Both the position numbers and the translations under genes were made by a program. A stretch of DNA of 64,000 nt from Azolla caroliniana. Lineage: Eukaryota > Plantae > Polypodiophyta. The notes below the pieces were generated by a model. That model was not told where the DNA came from. It did not search any database and was given only the letters and a program-made list of their open reading frames with translations. Location of the stretch: positions 19,034,001 through 19,098,000 of the forward strand of contig JBHGNT010000004.1 of the NCBI GenBank assembly GCA_043228905.1. The letters are read 5' to 3'. Below, piece after piece: positions 51,620 through 64,000 of this stretch (position 1 is its first letter; each line of letters opens with the position of its first letter).

Positions 51620-54271
51620 TCATAAGTCCATCTTTATGTACCTTGCATTTGAGACTGGACTCAAAAAAGTGTCAACAAGAGAGTTGTACCCTTCCTCCTC
51701 AAAGTACATATTTAACGCATACAGTTTATCATATATATCCTTTCTTTGAGGATGTCGCCTGTCACTAACAAAGAAATCGTACACTTTATTGTCCACCTCA
51801 ATGGCCGCTTGTCCAGGTTTCTTCCATGCATTTGCAGACAAGCGCAGATTTTCTATAAAGCATGCTTCGTCTTTCATGCCAGCACTCTTATATAAGTTGT
51901 GCATAAGCATATAAGCACCAGCTTTCTTTCCATTCAATGCCACAACATGATCAAAACAGTGTCTTCCAATCTCCACGTTGCATTGTTGTCTGCAATGAGT
52001 AAGCAAAGATATCCATCCAGTCACATCAAACATGAATGGCATGCATTGAAGTAAATCAATTGCTTCTTCCAAGTGTCCAGCATGACCAAGGAGATCAATC
52101 ATGCAGTTATAATGATCTAGCGTGGGTGCAACATTTTGACTGTTCATTACTTCAAAGTGCTGGCAACCCTCGAGTAATCGAGCTTCTCGACTACAAGCAG
52201 ATAACACGCTAATCAAAGATACACCATCTGGCTTCCACCCCTCTTTTTGCATACCTTGGAAATATTTGAGTGCTGAGTTATAATTCTTCGCTAGTGCATA
52301 GCCTGATACCATTGTAGTCCAACTCACATTATTCTTTCTTTGTAATCCATTGAACACATTTTTCCCATCCTCTATACACCCACATACAGTGTACATGTCT
52401 ATCAGCGAATTACCGACATGCACAATAGTTTCAAGTTGACTTTCAAGAATATAACTGTGTATTAGTTTTCCTTCCAATAAAGCTCCTAAATTGGAGCACG
52501 ACTTTAATGTGCTGATAAAAGTAATTGTATCAGGGACAAATCCTCCGTGTACCATTTCATGAAAGAGTTTGATGGCATCTTGATCATATCCATGCACAAC
52601 ATAACCAGAAATCATAGAACTCCATATCACCATGTCACGATGCTGCAATTTGTCAAACATATTGCGTGCATCATCAATGTTTCGGCATTTCGCATACATA
52701 TCAATAACACTGCTTATAACAAACTCGTGACACTCAAATCCTGCCTCAATTATGGTGAAATGAAGTAATCTACCATGCTCAAGCGCCTCAAGGTTTGAAC
52801 AGGCTTTTAAAATGTTCACAAAAGTAGCAGTATCAGGTGCTATGCCTTTAGATTGCATTTCCTGGAAAAGTTGCAAAGCTTGCAAACCATGCCCAGGTGT
52901 ATGAGCACAACCTCCAATTATTGCACTCCATGTAACCACGTTTCTTTCCCTTAGTCCATCAAACACACTGTACGCATCTTCAATGCTACTATGTTTAGAA
53001 TATGCATCAACAAGTGCACTACCAACCACTAGATCTGACTCAAAGCCCTTCCTAATGGTTCCAATATGGATTAACCTTACATAGGCTAGATCTTCTCCAC
53101 TAGCACATGCTTTCACAATAGTAGCAATTGTGATTGCATTTGGTTCTATACCCTCTTGTAGCATTCTTTGAAAATTTTTGAGAGATTCTTCACTGGCGTC
53201 ATGTTGTGAATATCCTGCAATCATCGTTGTCCATGTGACAACTGTCCGTGTAGACAATTTATCAAAGACACTTTGTGCATTCTCTAGGCTTCTACACTTG
53301 GCATACATATCCATGAGAGAACTAGACAGAATTGCATCTCTCTCGCAACCACATTCAACGCAATGAGAATGTAGAAGTTTTCCATCACAAAGAAATGATG
53401 ATGCACAGCAGGTTTTTAGTATACTCGAAAAAGTGATGCAATTAGGCATTACTCTCTCTTCTAGCATCCTTATAAAAAGATGAAAGGTATCTTCAGAATG
53501 TCCACTCAGTGCATGACCCGAAATCATTGCATTCCATGTGACCACATTTCGAACCTTCAAACCCTCAAACACTTCACAAGCCTCCTTTAGACTGCCACAT
53601 TTCATGTACATATCAATGAGAGCATTATCAATGACAATGTCCGGTTTCAAACCACTCTCTTGAACTTTCCTATGTATTTCTCTTCCATATAAAAGGCCTT
53701 CTTTTGAAGCACATGCTTTGATAACCGCAACGAATACATGGCCATCTGGCTGGACATGCGTTTTGATCATCTCGAGATACAATTCAAAAGCTTTCTTTTT
53801 GCACAGAAATCTAACATGTGCATTGATGATGGCACCCCATGCATATACATTAGGATTAACTAAATTTCTAAAGGCCTTGTTAGCATCAACCAAGCTACCA
53901 CATGACGAAAACATGCGAATGAAATGGCAAACCAGGTATGGGTCGCCGGCGAAACACCTCGTAAAGAGATTGTATAAACTTCTACCTGAAGCAATATCTT
54001 GCTTATCGGTGCAACATCGGAGGAGTCGATAGAAAACAGACTTGGGTATTGTCGCGGGAGCGGCGTGGTGTCGAGAGAGAAGGTGGATGGTCTCTGAGAG
54101 ATGATGGGCTCCATGGGAGGCGCAGAGGTTGGGGGTAGCTTGAAGGGCAGGGGTAGTATGATGTGAAGAAGAAGAGGCAAAGCTCATCTGTGCCTCCATC
54201 ACCATGCAAGCTTTCAATTGTGTTCTAATGATTTGCTGTTTTGTTAGGTAGTATGTGAGGGGGTCACTCAA
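51620..54271 (-). CDS. PLS-class pentatricopeptide repeat protein with E and E+ domains, no DYW (probable organellar RNA-editing factor)
   Basis: Intronless P-L-S triplets (LIDMYMKCG, NVVTWNAMI, PNCITFSSILK). E domain HYNCMIDLLG..WISLL..AYMLMHNLY. PG box KKPGQAAIEV. True start may be a downstream Met. Confidence 0.95.
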   Translation of the reverse strand: MSDPLTYYLTKQQIIRTQLKACMVMEAQMSFASSSSHHTTPALQATPNLCASHGAHHLSETIHLLSRHHAAPATIPKSVFYRLLRCCTDKQDIASGRSLYNLFTRCFAGDPYLVCHFIRMFSSCGSLVDANKAFRNLVNPNVYAWGAIINAHVRFLCKKKAFELYLEMIKTHVQPDGHVFVAVIKACASKEGLLYGREIHRKVQESGLKPDIVIDNALIDMYMKCGSLKEACEVFEGLKVRNVVTWNAMISGHALSGHSEDTFHLFIRMLEERVMPNCITFSSILKTCCASSFLCDGKLLHSHCVECGCERDAILSSSLMDMYAKCRSLENAQSVFDKLSTRTVVTWTTMIAGYSQHDASEESLKNFQRMLQEGIEPNAITIATIVKACASGEDLAYVRLIHIGTIRKGFESDLVVGSALVDAYSKHSSIEDAYSVFDGLRERNVVTWSAIIGGCAHTPGHGLQALQLFQEMQSKGIAPDTATFVNILKACSNLEALEHGRLLHFTIIEAGFECHEFVISSVIDMYAKCRNIDDARNMFDKLQHRDMVIWSSMISGYVVHGYDQDAIKLFHEMVHGGFVPDTITFISTLKSCSNLGALLEGKLIHSYILESQLETIVHVGNSLIDMYTVCGCIEDGKNVFNGLQRKNNVSWTTMVSGYALAKNYNSALKYFQGMQKEGWKPDGVSLISVLSACSREARLLEGCQHFEVMNSQNVAPTLDHYNCMIDLLGHAGHLEEAIDLLQCMPFMFDVTGWISLLTHCRQQCNVEIGRHCFDHVVALNGKKAGAYMLMHNLYKSAGMKDEACFIENLRLSANAWKKPGQAAIEVDNKVYDFFVSDRRHPQRKDIYDKLYALNMYFEEEGYNSLVDTFLSPVSNARYIKMDL

Positions 54272-54559
54272 TTGACTCGCTCATTTTAGTGGCTTAAGTT
54301 TTAACTAATTCATTCCATTTTAGTTCCCTGGGTGTCCATGAGACCACCGGTCTCGTCGATCCCTGTCCATGGACTCCCGGACATTTGCGTGAACCATCTC
54401 TCCATTTCCCGACCTGAGACCACTATGCAGATATATACCATATCATAGTCAAAGGAAAACCTAGTAGTTTCAAAAGTCGGGACCAATAATTTGTATTGCC
54501 CCCATGATTTGTGTCATCTCGTAAAAAAATGTGGTTTTGCACAACTATGCATAATAAGC

Positions 54560-55200
54560 CACAAAGGTCTCGACAACATTGCCGGCTCCATTAGAACAAC
54601 CATGTGTAAGTGACTACGCCTAGGCAACAATTGTGTGGTGTGAGAAATTGTTGCTTGATAAGGGCGTAGTTTGCACGCTAAGTGTAAGCCACACCAATCT
54701 TAGACATTTTATGCGGATTAGTGCTTGATAAAACTACAAATCATGTGTAGGTTCCAAAGTTTAGACAACCATGTGGATTGCCGTTCAACAATACCATAGT
54801 TAATAAGTCACAGACTCTGGATAATTGTGAATATTATGGCATGATAAAACCATTGTTGAGACAATTATGTGTAAATCATCGAGTCTATACAATTGTGAGT
54901 AAGTCATAGATTCTAGACAACTATGAGGATTGTCATTTTGATAAAACCATACTCTTACTTGAATATGTGCAAGTCAATGAGTATGGACAATTACGTGGAT
55001 TATCATTTGATGAAATTATAGTTTATACAATTATGTGTAAGTCACAAAGGGCATGAGCAACTAGTATGTGGATTATCATTCAATGAGTATAATTTACACA
55101 ACTGTATTTAAGAAATTACGACGCAATGTTTGGACATCTATGTGGATTGTCATTTAATAAGGCATAGTTAATAGAGTCTAGACAACGATGCAAATGATTG
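54560..55200 (+). repeat. Degenerate short-unit tandem array
   Basis: Alternating ACAA(C/T)TATGTGTAAGTCA and ACAACTATGTGGATT(G/A)TCATT units of about 28-35 bp. Confidence 0.7.
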
Positions 55201-58200
55201 ATCGATACAATGCATTAGATTAGTCTTAGATCTATGTCCCAACCATAGTTCTCCCGTTTTTGGCTTTGTGGAGTTGATATCATCTTGACAAAAAGGTTGT
55301 ACCATTACAAGAAACTCGTTATTGAGGGACATGTCTACTATAGGTGTGTGCCATATACTTCAATTAAAAAATGAGCACCAATTCTAATGGTAGTTAAGAT
55401 GAAGCACTGATAATAATGTTAAGTGAGCTTGTGATAATAATGTTAAGTGAGCAAGCTGTAGCATTCTGTTATATGTTTTAGGGTTAGGGTTAAGGACGAT
55501 GATAATCATGATAAAGATAGACATGGTGGTTATGATGATGATGGAGAGTATGGATTGATGGCGAGAGAGATCATGTGCATTGAGAAGCATTGCGGGGTGG
55601 GGGATTCAACGTTGAGGGGGAGAGAGAGAGAAAGAGAGATGACAAGAGAGAGTGAGATTGAGAGAGAAAATGGTCATTCATCTTTCATTCATTCCCCATA
55701 AGGGGGTTAAATAGTACAAGAGGGGGTAGATACATAGGGGTGTAAGCCCCCTCGAGCATTCATACTGGACACTCACTCACACCTCCTCGTATCCATCCAC
55801 ATGCACACACGTGTGCATGTGTTCACATACGTATAGACTCACAATTACATTTATGTCCCCTACACATACACAACAACATCATGATAACATTCGACCCTCG
55901 CTCATCACACTGACTCTCCGTACATCTCGTACGGGGACACATTCAAGAATGCATGCCATAATAAACAACTTGCATTTATGAAATTGTAGCCACCATCGAT
56001 GTAGACAAGGTTAGTAAGGTGACCCAAGTAACGGAAATGAATTTTTGTGGCCTCATCTCCGTACTACATTTTTTTATCCTTGTTCCCTATGTTTTTGTAC
56101 TATGTGTTTATTTGTTCATGCTAATATAACTAGTCCAATGCATTCATCTATCATGTAGTTGTGTGTTCTATCCATTTGGAATGCAACTATCCTTTTGAAT
56201 TGTAAGTTTTGTCTGTACTCATATGTCTAGGCGAAAAAGCGTAAAGCCATTATTTGATCGTGCCTCTCTTGTCTACTTTGTCTTCCCAATAAAAAAGAAA
56301 GTCTACTTTTGTACTTATGCAAACAATCAACTTATGTGAAGGCTCTACTAAAAAATTTGTACATGTTTCTATAAGGTGTAAATGGTTGCCACCTCTACCG
56401 CACTAGCATCAATACATTACCAAAGCTTGAAAATGCACTTGGGTCGGAATAGTATGGGTGATATTCAAGAATTCCTATTGCCACAACTTTTTTATTGTTA
56501 TAAGCAACTAACTTCTTGTGTTTGAATAACATTTTTCCATCTTAATTCTCAATAATATCTACTTTACTTACTGCTAATCTTCAACAACTAATCATCCATA
56601 AGGATGTTGTTTGTATCGTGATGATCCCAAGTATGATCATATGTGGTGAATATTGAAATCCTTTGCTTTCTCGTATGTATTCTACATCTATTTCTAAGGG
56701 GCATGCAAGCCTTTGTGTTTTCCACCATAGAAGTATATTTTGCAAGTGAGCACGAAGGGTAGCTAGCGCACCATGCGTGATCATATATTAAAAGTCATTC
56801 TGAAGGATGTCACACCATCATCTTCCATGACCCAATTAACTTTTGCCAATTCTACACTAATTAGGCAAGGGATAGTATGGCCGCCCAAAATAAACTCTTG
56901 TAGCCTCATCTCCTTACAACATTACTAATGCTTATTCCTATGTTTATGTAATCAATATGTTTTTCTTTCGCTTATATTCTTTTGGACCACGAGTATTTTC
57001 GTTGCACTATATGTCCTTTTGTGATCGTAAGTTTTCATATGTGTCGATAAAGGGTGTTGCAAGCTACTTATAGACATTCTTCGCGCGTGCCTCGATTTGC
57101 TAGTTTGTCTACCTCTTGAAAAAGTCCACTCTTGTATTTATACAACAAATATGTAAACGTTTGTATGCTTTAGGAAAATATTTCCACATGTTTCTAAAGT
57201 CGGGGATATTTGTTTTTTGCCATCATAGTCATAGTAGCTTTACATACATAAGTAAAACTCCAATGTTAATTGCACTTGGATCCAAAACAGTAAGAGGAAT
57301 GGTGATTGTTGTGTGAATCCTAATGTCCCAAAATTTATTTATTTATTTGTTATAAGGACACCAAACGTGTTTTCCATCATGCTCCTAAATTATAACCAAT
57401 TTATATTGGTACCACATCCATCCCACCCCAAAGTATCCTGGCTAGTCGGGCACACTAGTACGAGGACAAAAATACCTATAGGATAATACATATATATGTG
57501 GTGTGGGTGCCAGCATGCTAGTTAGCTAGCTCTAAAAACGCACTCGAGGAAACGAAAAAGCCCATAGAAAAGAAGGCAACGAAACACTTGCCGGGTAATG
57601 ATATGGCCAAAGGCGGAGATATAACCCCCCGGATGGCCGTAACCGCACCCCAACCCATCTCTCTCTCTCTCTCTCTCTCTCTTATAATGTATAATCTCTT
57701 GTTTGGTCTTTCTTATAGACCATTTGGGCCCTTCTTAAAAGAAAGTTAATATATCTTTCTTTCTTTCTCTCTAACTTTGGTTGGCCTCTTTCTTAGTTTT
57801 TAGCCCTCCCTCTATTTTTCGTTTAGTGAAAACATTGAACCCTTCATTTTCTGTCTTTCTCTTTGTTTCTCTGTCTGTCTCTGTTTCTCTCTGTTTCTCT
57901 CTGTCTCTGTCGATCGATCGATCGATCGATCGAGAAGAATAAGACCCAAGAAAGAAAATCCAGAAACGCAGAGACAGAGAGAGAGAGAGTCAGCGACAGA
58001 AACTTAAAAAGGGAACCAACTTAACAAAAAGGTCTGATATACATACTCCCCCTCCTTCCTCTCTCTGCAAATCAACACACATGTTTCTTGCTTGCTTCTT
58101 TTCTTCTTCTCCTTCTTTTTCCCGTTTTCAGATCTCTCTCTCTCTCTCTCTCTCTCTAGCTGAGTAATTCCTTCGTGTGTAATACTTCTCCTTCTTTGTA

Positions 58201-58964
58201 GTTTTCTTTCACCGTGTAGATCTTCACATCTCTGCCCCTCACCTCTCGCTGTCTCTGTCATAATCTTGCGTTTATCCTTCACCATTGTTTTTGGCTCTTT
58301 TGCAGAGCATTAAAGTCTGCAGATCTCCATCGCTAATTTGGGCGCTAGTTCTAATGTGAGTAAATTTGTTCTCTTTCATTGTTGGTTAGTACTATTGTCG
58401 TCTTCTAGATTTAGCAATGTTTTTTTTTTCTATCTGTCCTTTGATATTTCCAACAGTATCATAACTAATATCTGTTTCTCATCTTCCAAATTTGGCAGAT
58501 TTTGTTCCGTACTTATCAAATTGTCTCTAAATCTGAAAGCCCATTCAATTCGAAGGCTTGACCTTTTCAAACTGGTTAGGTTTTTTGTTCTAGATTTGAA
58601 TTCTTTTTTTATTTCTACAGCTAATTATATCTCTTTAATTTTTGCTAATTGTACTCTCCAAATTTAGCAGAATTTTGCATAGATCCTATCAAAGTTAGCC
58701 AGATCAAAATTTTAAATAATCTCTAATTTAGCAGGAGTGCAACTTAAGGATCTAAGGTTTGTATTTCTTCCCTAAATTTAGACATGATTGAAGCTCTTTA
58801 ATGTGACTCAGATTTTACCTAATACTATCCCATTTCCTCTGAATTTGGCAGATTTGATTTGTTAAATCCCACCAGAATTTTGTTCAATCGAGATAAATCT
58901 TCTCTCGAATTGGAATTTGCTCTAGGATTACCAATTTGATCTAGAAATTAGAATTTAACAACAA

Positions 58965-61900
58965 ATGGATCTTGTTATCGAGACCGCAGTACCATATCAA
59001 AATGGTGTTGTAAGCAACGGGGAATCCATTCAAGATCCCATCATAGATCCCAATTTTGCATCTGCCCAAGATTCTTCTGTGGATGACAAGAATAGCGTAA
59101 AATCACATCAGGAGAATAAAGAAAAAACCCATGGAACAGATAATTTGCATTTGAACAGAGGAGTTCATGGTGAAAAAGAGATATCTGAATGGATCAATGG
59201 TTCGAATAATAATGAAGTTAATGGTTCTGGTTGGATTAGTGTAGATGGAGCTCCTGTTGTTCTCCCTGCTGTTCCTGAGCAACCATGGATAGCTCCAAAA
59301 AGGCATACTTTTTACCTTATCAGAATCCCTAGATCTGTTGATGAGAAGCTAAGAAATGAGATCAGATTGGCTGAAGCAAAGCTAGAACAGACAATTAAGA
59401 AGAGGGATGCACATAAGGTCTCTATGCAAGAAATTAAGGTAATTTGTTTCTGCAACCCCCCTTTTATATTTGTGGATATAAATTTATCATCTCATTGGAG
59501 GCTTTTATGTAGCCACGTTTTTACAGTATTTAGTTAGTCTCTATGAGTGAGGATGATGATGCTAGGTTGGTGATCTGAGAGGCTTGTATTAGCTTTATTG
59601 TTTGCATATTTGAGCCAATAATGATGGTGGCAGGTTTAAGATCTGGAATTTTTTTTGTAAGTCTGTGTGAATAATGGTGGGTTTACGATCCAAGAAGCCG
59701 TGTATCAGCTGTATTTATGAGTATTACAATCTGTGTAAGAAATGCTGATAATGGTGGGTAAGTGATCTGATGAGGCTTGTGGTAGTCGTATTTTTTTAGT
59801 GTTTCAGCCTTTAGGAGGGATAGTAATGATTATATATGATCCGAGGTGTGTGTGTTTAGCTATACTTGTGAATATTTCAGCCCGTTTGAGTGGTGATGGT
59901 AATGACTTTTTTATTATATTTGCTCATTCTGAGGTTCAGATGGAAGGTTTCAGACTTTTTCTCTCTTCCGTTGATGATTATAACTGTCATTGATGATAAT
60001 TTCAATGTATGTGAATGACGATGATCGTAGTTTTTGATTATTTGTTTCTCATTTCGAGTTTCAGACTCGAAAGTTTGAGCTTCTGGACAAGTTGAAACCC
60101 TTGAGAGAGAAAGAGAGAGCATGTTTTGCTGCTATCCAAGGTAAACGCACAGAAATGGAGCCCTTCTCCATTGCTCTGAACAAGTTTCGAAGTGCTCATA
60201 GCAATGGTAATACCAATGTTCGAGGGAAAGGTCAAGAGATTTGTTCCTCAGAAGAGGAACTCAATGAGAGGGTAAGCTTTTAAGTTTCCCTGGAGTAAGA
60301 TTTTGCCCCATTTATTTGTTTATTTATGTCGAGATGTTTTTCATATGTTTGTTTTATTCACTTGGAAATGTTGGTTTTCAGATTGGAGAACTTGAGTATA
60401 GGATTGAACATGAGAGCATCTCCTTAAAAGAGGAGAAACAGTTAATGAGGGATATCAAACAATTAGAGTCTACCCGCAGTCAAGTTTGTGCTAATACTGT
60501 TTTACAACAAGAGCTCACAGAAAGCCTTGGACTGAAGGAGAATATCCAAGACCAGTACAAGGTACATTGTAAATCCTTTCGTAATGTTTCCTATCACATA
60601 TCTTAACATGCTTATTAAAAGGCTTTAGGCATCTATCCAGTCACAAGTCATTGTATACTGCAAGGCTTAACATTTCCTATCACTTATTGTAAGGCTTAAG
60701 GTTTCTGATCAGGTGTCATTTTATAAAAGATTTAGAGGTTTTGGATCATTTATCTGTATATGTTCAGTAAAATATTTATTGGATCTGTTTTTGTGCAGTT
60801 TCTGCGTCAAGACATGGATGGTATAAAAAAGGAGCACAGTCTAGCATCTGCCGAATGTCATGCCATAGATAAAGAAATCAGTACACTTAATTCTGCAATT
60901 GATGAATTACGTGAACTGTATGACAAAGCAAATGCTGCACAACAAGATGCCTTTGCAGCTCTTAGGGAATTAAAGAAGCAAGAAAACGCCAAGGTAATAT
61001 GCAATTTGATTCAACATGGTGATACCGGATGGCTATTTATTAAGTTTTGCTGTTATTTGCTTTGCATATGGTTTGTTCTCAGAAGGATGCTAGACTTACA
61101 TAATAGTTCGTTGGATTATGTTTAATAATGTCATACTAGGTCATATTTGTGTGCACATACTGTAATATAATAACCTTTCAGGTTATGCATTATATATAAA
61201 TGTGTGTATACACATATACATACATGTGTGTGTTCCTAAGGCAATGCTGTGATGCAGCATTTGTGATTCTAAAGTGAGAATGCACTCCGAATACCTTAAT
61301 ATATAATCAATACTGTATATTAGTTTATTTGTGATGTCCATGAAAATAAGAAGGGATACTGCACTTGCCAGAGAATTGATGGTTGTGTGTGCTTGCTTGA
61401 CTTAAAAATTCAAGTATCATGATTTAGGGAGATGTGATGCTAATTTCTTTGCATTTGTTTTATTAGAATGACCCATTCTTCCAAAATAAGCGTGACATTC
61501 AAACAGCTAAAGAGCTTGCTATGCAAAGAAAACCGGAGGAGCTCGAAAAGTTCTGCTTAACGAATGTATGTTTATTTTATATCATTGACAAACTTGTTTT
61601 GTTTTACCCCTAGCTTGTATATTTACCAGAATATGCCCAAGTTTTAACAATTATTAAGATATATTAATTTTTACTACAAAACTTAGTCCTTCATAGGAGC
61701 ATTCAGATAATGTCTGAAACTGATGGCTATTCTTGTGAATATTCAAAACATTAGTGGGTATTTTGGTATTTTATTCAGAAAATAATAACTGACAATAACT
61801 ACTTGGCTAAAATTTGAGAGCTACAGGTAGAGGTATTCATGGGTACATGGAACAATAACAACAAGTTTCGAGCTGATTACATAAAAAGCAATGAAAGAAG

Positions 61901-63446
61901 CACTATTCGGCGGTTGGACACTTTGGATGGAAGGTCATTAGGTCCAGGTGAAAAACCGCCTCAGATAATTGACCCCGACTATATCTTGCCTAACACGGCT
62001 GGTGTTAGACCAGTTGCAGAGTCACCCTTGATAAAACCTCAGATAACAGGTTCGAAACCACCTAGTGCCATACCAGTAGTGGAAAATTCTCCAATACCAA
62101 AAACCGATCCAGTACTGAAGACTGCTCAAGTCCCCAAAAGCTCTCAAGTATCAAAAACCCATTTGGATGTTAAAGAAGATGTTGAAGAAAATGCTGGTTC
62201 CCATGATATAAGCAATGAAAAGGTGGTTAAATCGAGGCAGATTGATGAGGAGCCTCCTGTTGATCTTGAAGCTCAGGCTCTCAAGCTTAAGGAGACCCTT
62301 AGGCAGGAGCAAATAGCGAAAGCTAAGGAGGCGGAAGAGAGAAAGAAGAAACGAGCCGAAAAATTGGAACAGAAAGCTCAGATTCGAGCCAAGAAGGAAG
62401 CAGAGCGCAAGGAAAAGGTGAGATATTTAAATCTCCATGACATTTTGGTTCACTATTTTGAAAATTTAATGAAAAATTGTTATTTTTTGGGGGGGAAGAA
62501 GGGAGCAATGGATAAAGTGAGATATCAAAGTTCAATCAAAATTTACATTGAAACATTGAAAATTGAGTGATATTTTGTTTGAAAGATTGACATCCCAGTG
62601 CTCGTTATGAAAGACTATATGTGTAGGCTATGAAAAAGAAAATGGATAAAATATTCGACTGCTACTTTTTACTTCGAAATCTGCTGCTTATGAATGTCCA
62701 AGCACTTGAGAAATTTGGTAGCTTTAGAGAGTGCATAAACACGCCAAATTTTATGGAAACGTAAAAGCCAGTATGCAACTATCTCTTGATAGTTTTAAAC
62801 ATAAATTGACAAAATTCTTCCCATCTGAAACTTGATAGATTTAGAGAATAAACATGCTAAATTTATGAAAACACAAGAACGTGTGAAGAATGTTTTTATA
62901 GATCTTGGAATTTGACATAGATTATCTAGAAATCCTTAATAATACTTATGGAAAATAAATAAGTTTAGTAGTGTCGCAAAGAATAAACATGGAATATTCA
63001 TAGAACATGAAAACAAGTGCATTTTCATACATTTAAAGAAGTTATACATAATCTAATGAAGACATGAATCTTATGATTTGAGTCTGTTTCCTTGTTAATG
63101 CTCTTTACAGAAAAAAGTTCAAAATGTAGCCAGAGCCACGGCAGTTAATGACTCGATTTCTCAAGATGAAGAAGATACATCTTCAGCTGCCGAGAAGCAA
63201 GCTATACCCAATTTAGATGAAAGTTTGAAGAAACCAGGAGTTGAGGTAGTTCATACATCTAATAGAGGACAAAAAGGAAGCGTACTTGGTCGTAGGAAAA
63301 TACCATCAAGAGAGGTCAAAGGGCCTAGACCCAGTTTTCCACCCAGAGCGAATAAAAAGTCGGCATTTCCTATTCATCTTTGGGCATATATTGCGGTTGC
63401 TGTTGTGGCTTTCCTCCTTGCCATCTTCCTCTTTTTGAGAATATAG
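58965..63446 (+). CDS. Proton pump interactor (PPI1-like) coiled-coil, tail-anchored protein, about 693 aa
   Basis: Phase-0 GT-AG exons 58965-59438, 60065-60271, 60382-60561, 60799-60993, 61467-61565, 61827-62417 and 63111-63446. FYLIRIPR, CSSEEELNE, HESISLKEEKQ, RRLDTLDGRSLGP, C-terminal TM helix. Confidence 0.88.
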
Positions 63447-64000
63447 CTGGGCCCAGATGATTGTTGGCTTTAGTGGTGGTTCTGGCCCTTTCTGTGGTAA
63501 GTCACAATACGTCATGAGTTTGGCTATTTGATGACAACACAAGTCCTATTGGTAGTTGAATTGAGTTTTATTTTATTTTTTTAACTGGATTGCCTATCCT
63601 AGTCTCTTTTTGTGTATTGAGTTGTCAATGACATTAGTTTATTCTTTTGATATGTTACTACTGAAAAATGGTGTAGATGGTGGGAACGGAGTGAGTGACT
63701 CAATTTTACGTCCACTCCAGAGATGATCATGAGAAACATATGAGGAGCGTTTTTTCTCCATACATTAACATAATTTTGATAGCTAAGGTGTCCGTGTATT
63801 ATTATTTTAGTGCTATTGTCATTGTCTTCTTACTCAATGTATATATTGTGGAGTGTCATATTTAATGGTTGTGTCGAGCATGAATTAGTAATTGGCAATG
63901 GCTCTTTGTGGGAGACTGGAGTCTCAATCTCAACTTGTTTCAAACCAAACTGTTCACAATTTTTGAAACACAAACCAAATCAAACCTAGCCGGAAAACCT

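Noticed and set aside
55384-55939. Possible minus-strand solo LTR (GA tract, TATA-like, terminal hairpin)
   Set aside because: Termini and TSD are not convincingly identifiable.

Overview
Plant nuclear DNA, most likely from a fern or other seed-free vascular plant (inferred from the PLS-class PPR gene and the retroelement protein types). Bases 1-33 kb are mostly nested transposons. A Copia contains a second Copia, which contains a solo Gypsy LTR. A calmodulin-like gene follows, then a decayed hAT holding an intact hAT (686-aa transposase, perfect 8-bp TSD) inserted in a LINE relic, then a four-level LTR nest. Bases 33-64 kb are gene-rich: a 7-coding-exon DHHC S-acyltransferase with a 7.7-kb TE-filled intron, a Yippee-like gene, tRNA-Lys(CTT), a PLS-E+ PPR gene and a 7-exon PPI1-like gene. 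Three signals stand out. (1) LTRs of at least four different families, both Copia and Gypsy, carry a tRNA-like Pol III A-box/B-box module at tRNA spacing (43-44 nt) without a foldable cloverleaf. (2) One Gypsy lineage repeatedly has 4-bp ACGT-type target sites. (3) Eroded E+/DYW-like copies lie downstream of the PPR stop codon. All coordinates were read by eye and may be off by a few bases. No searches were run.
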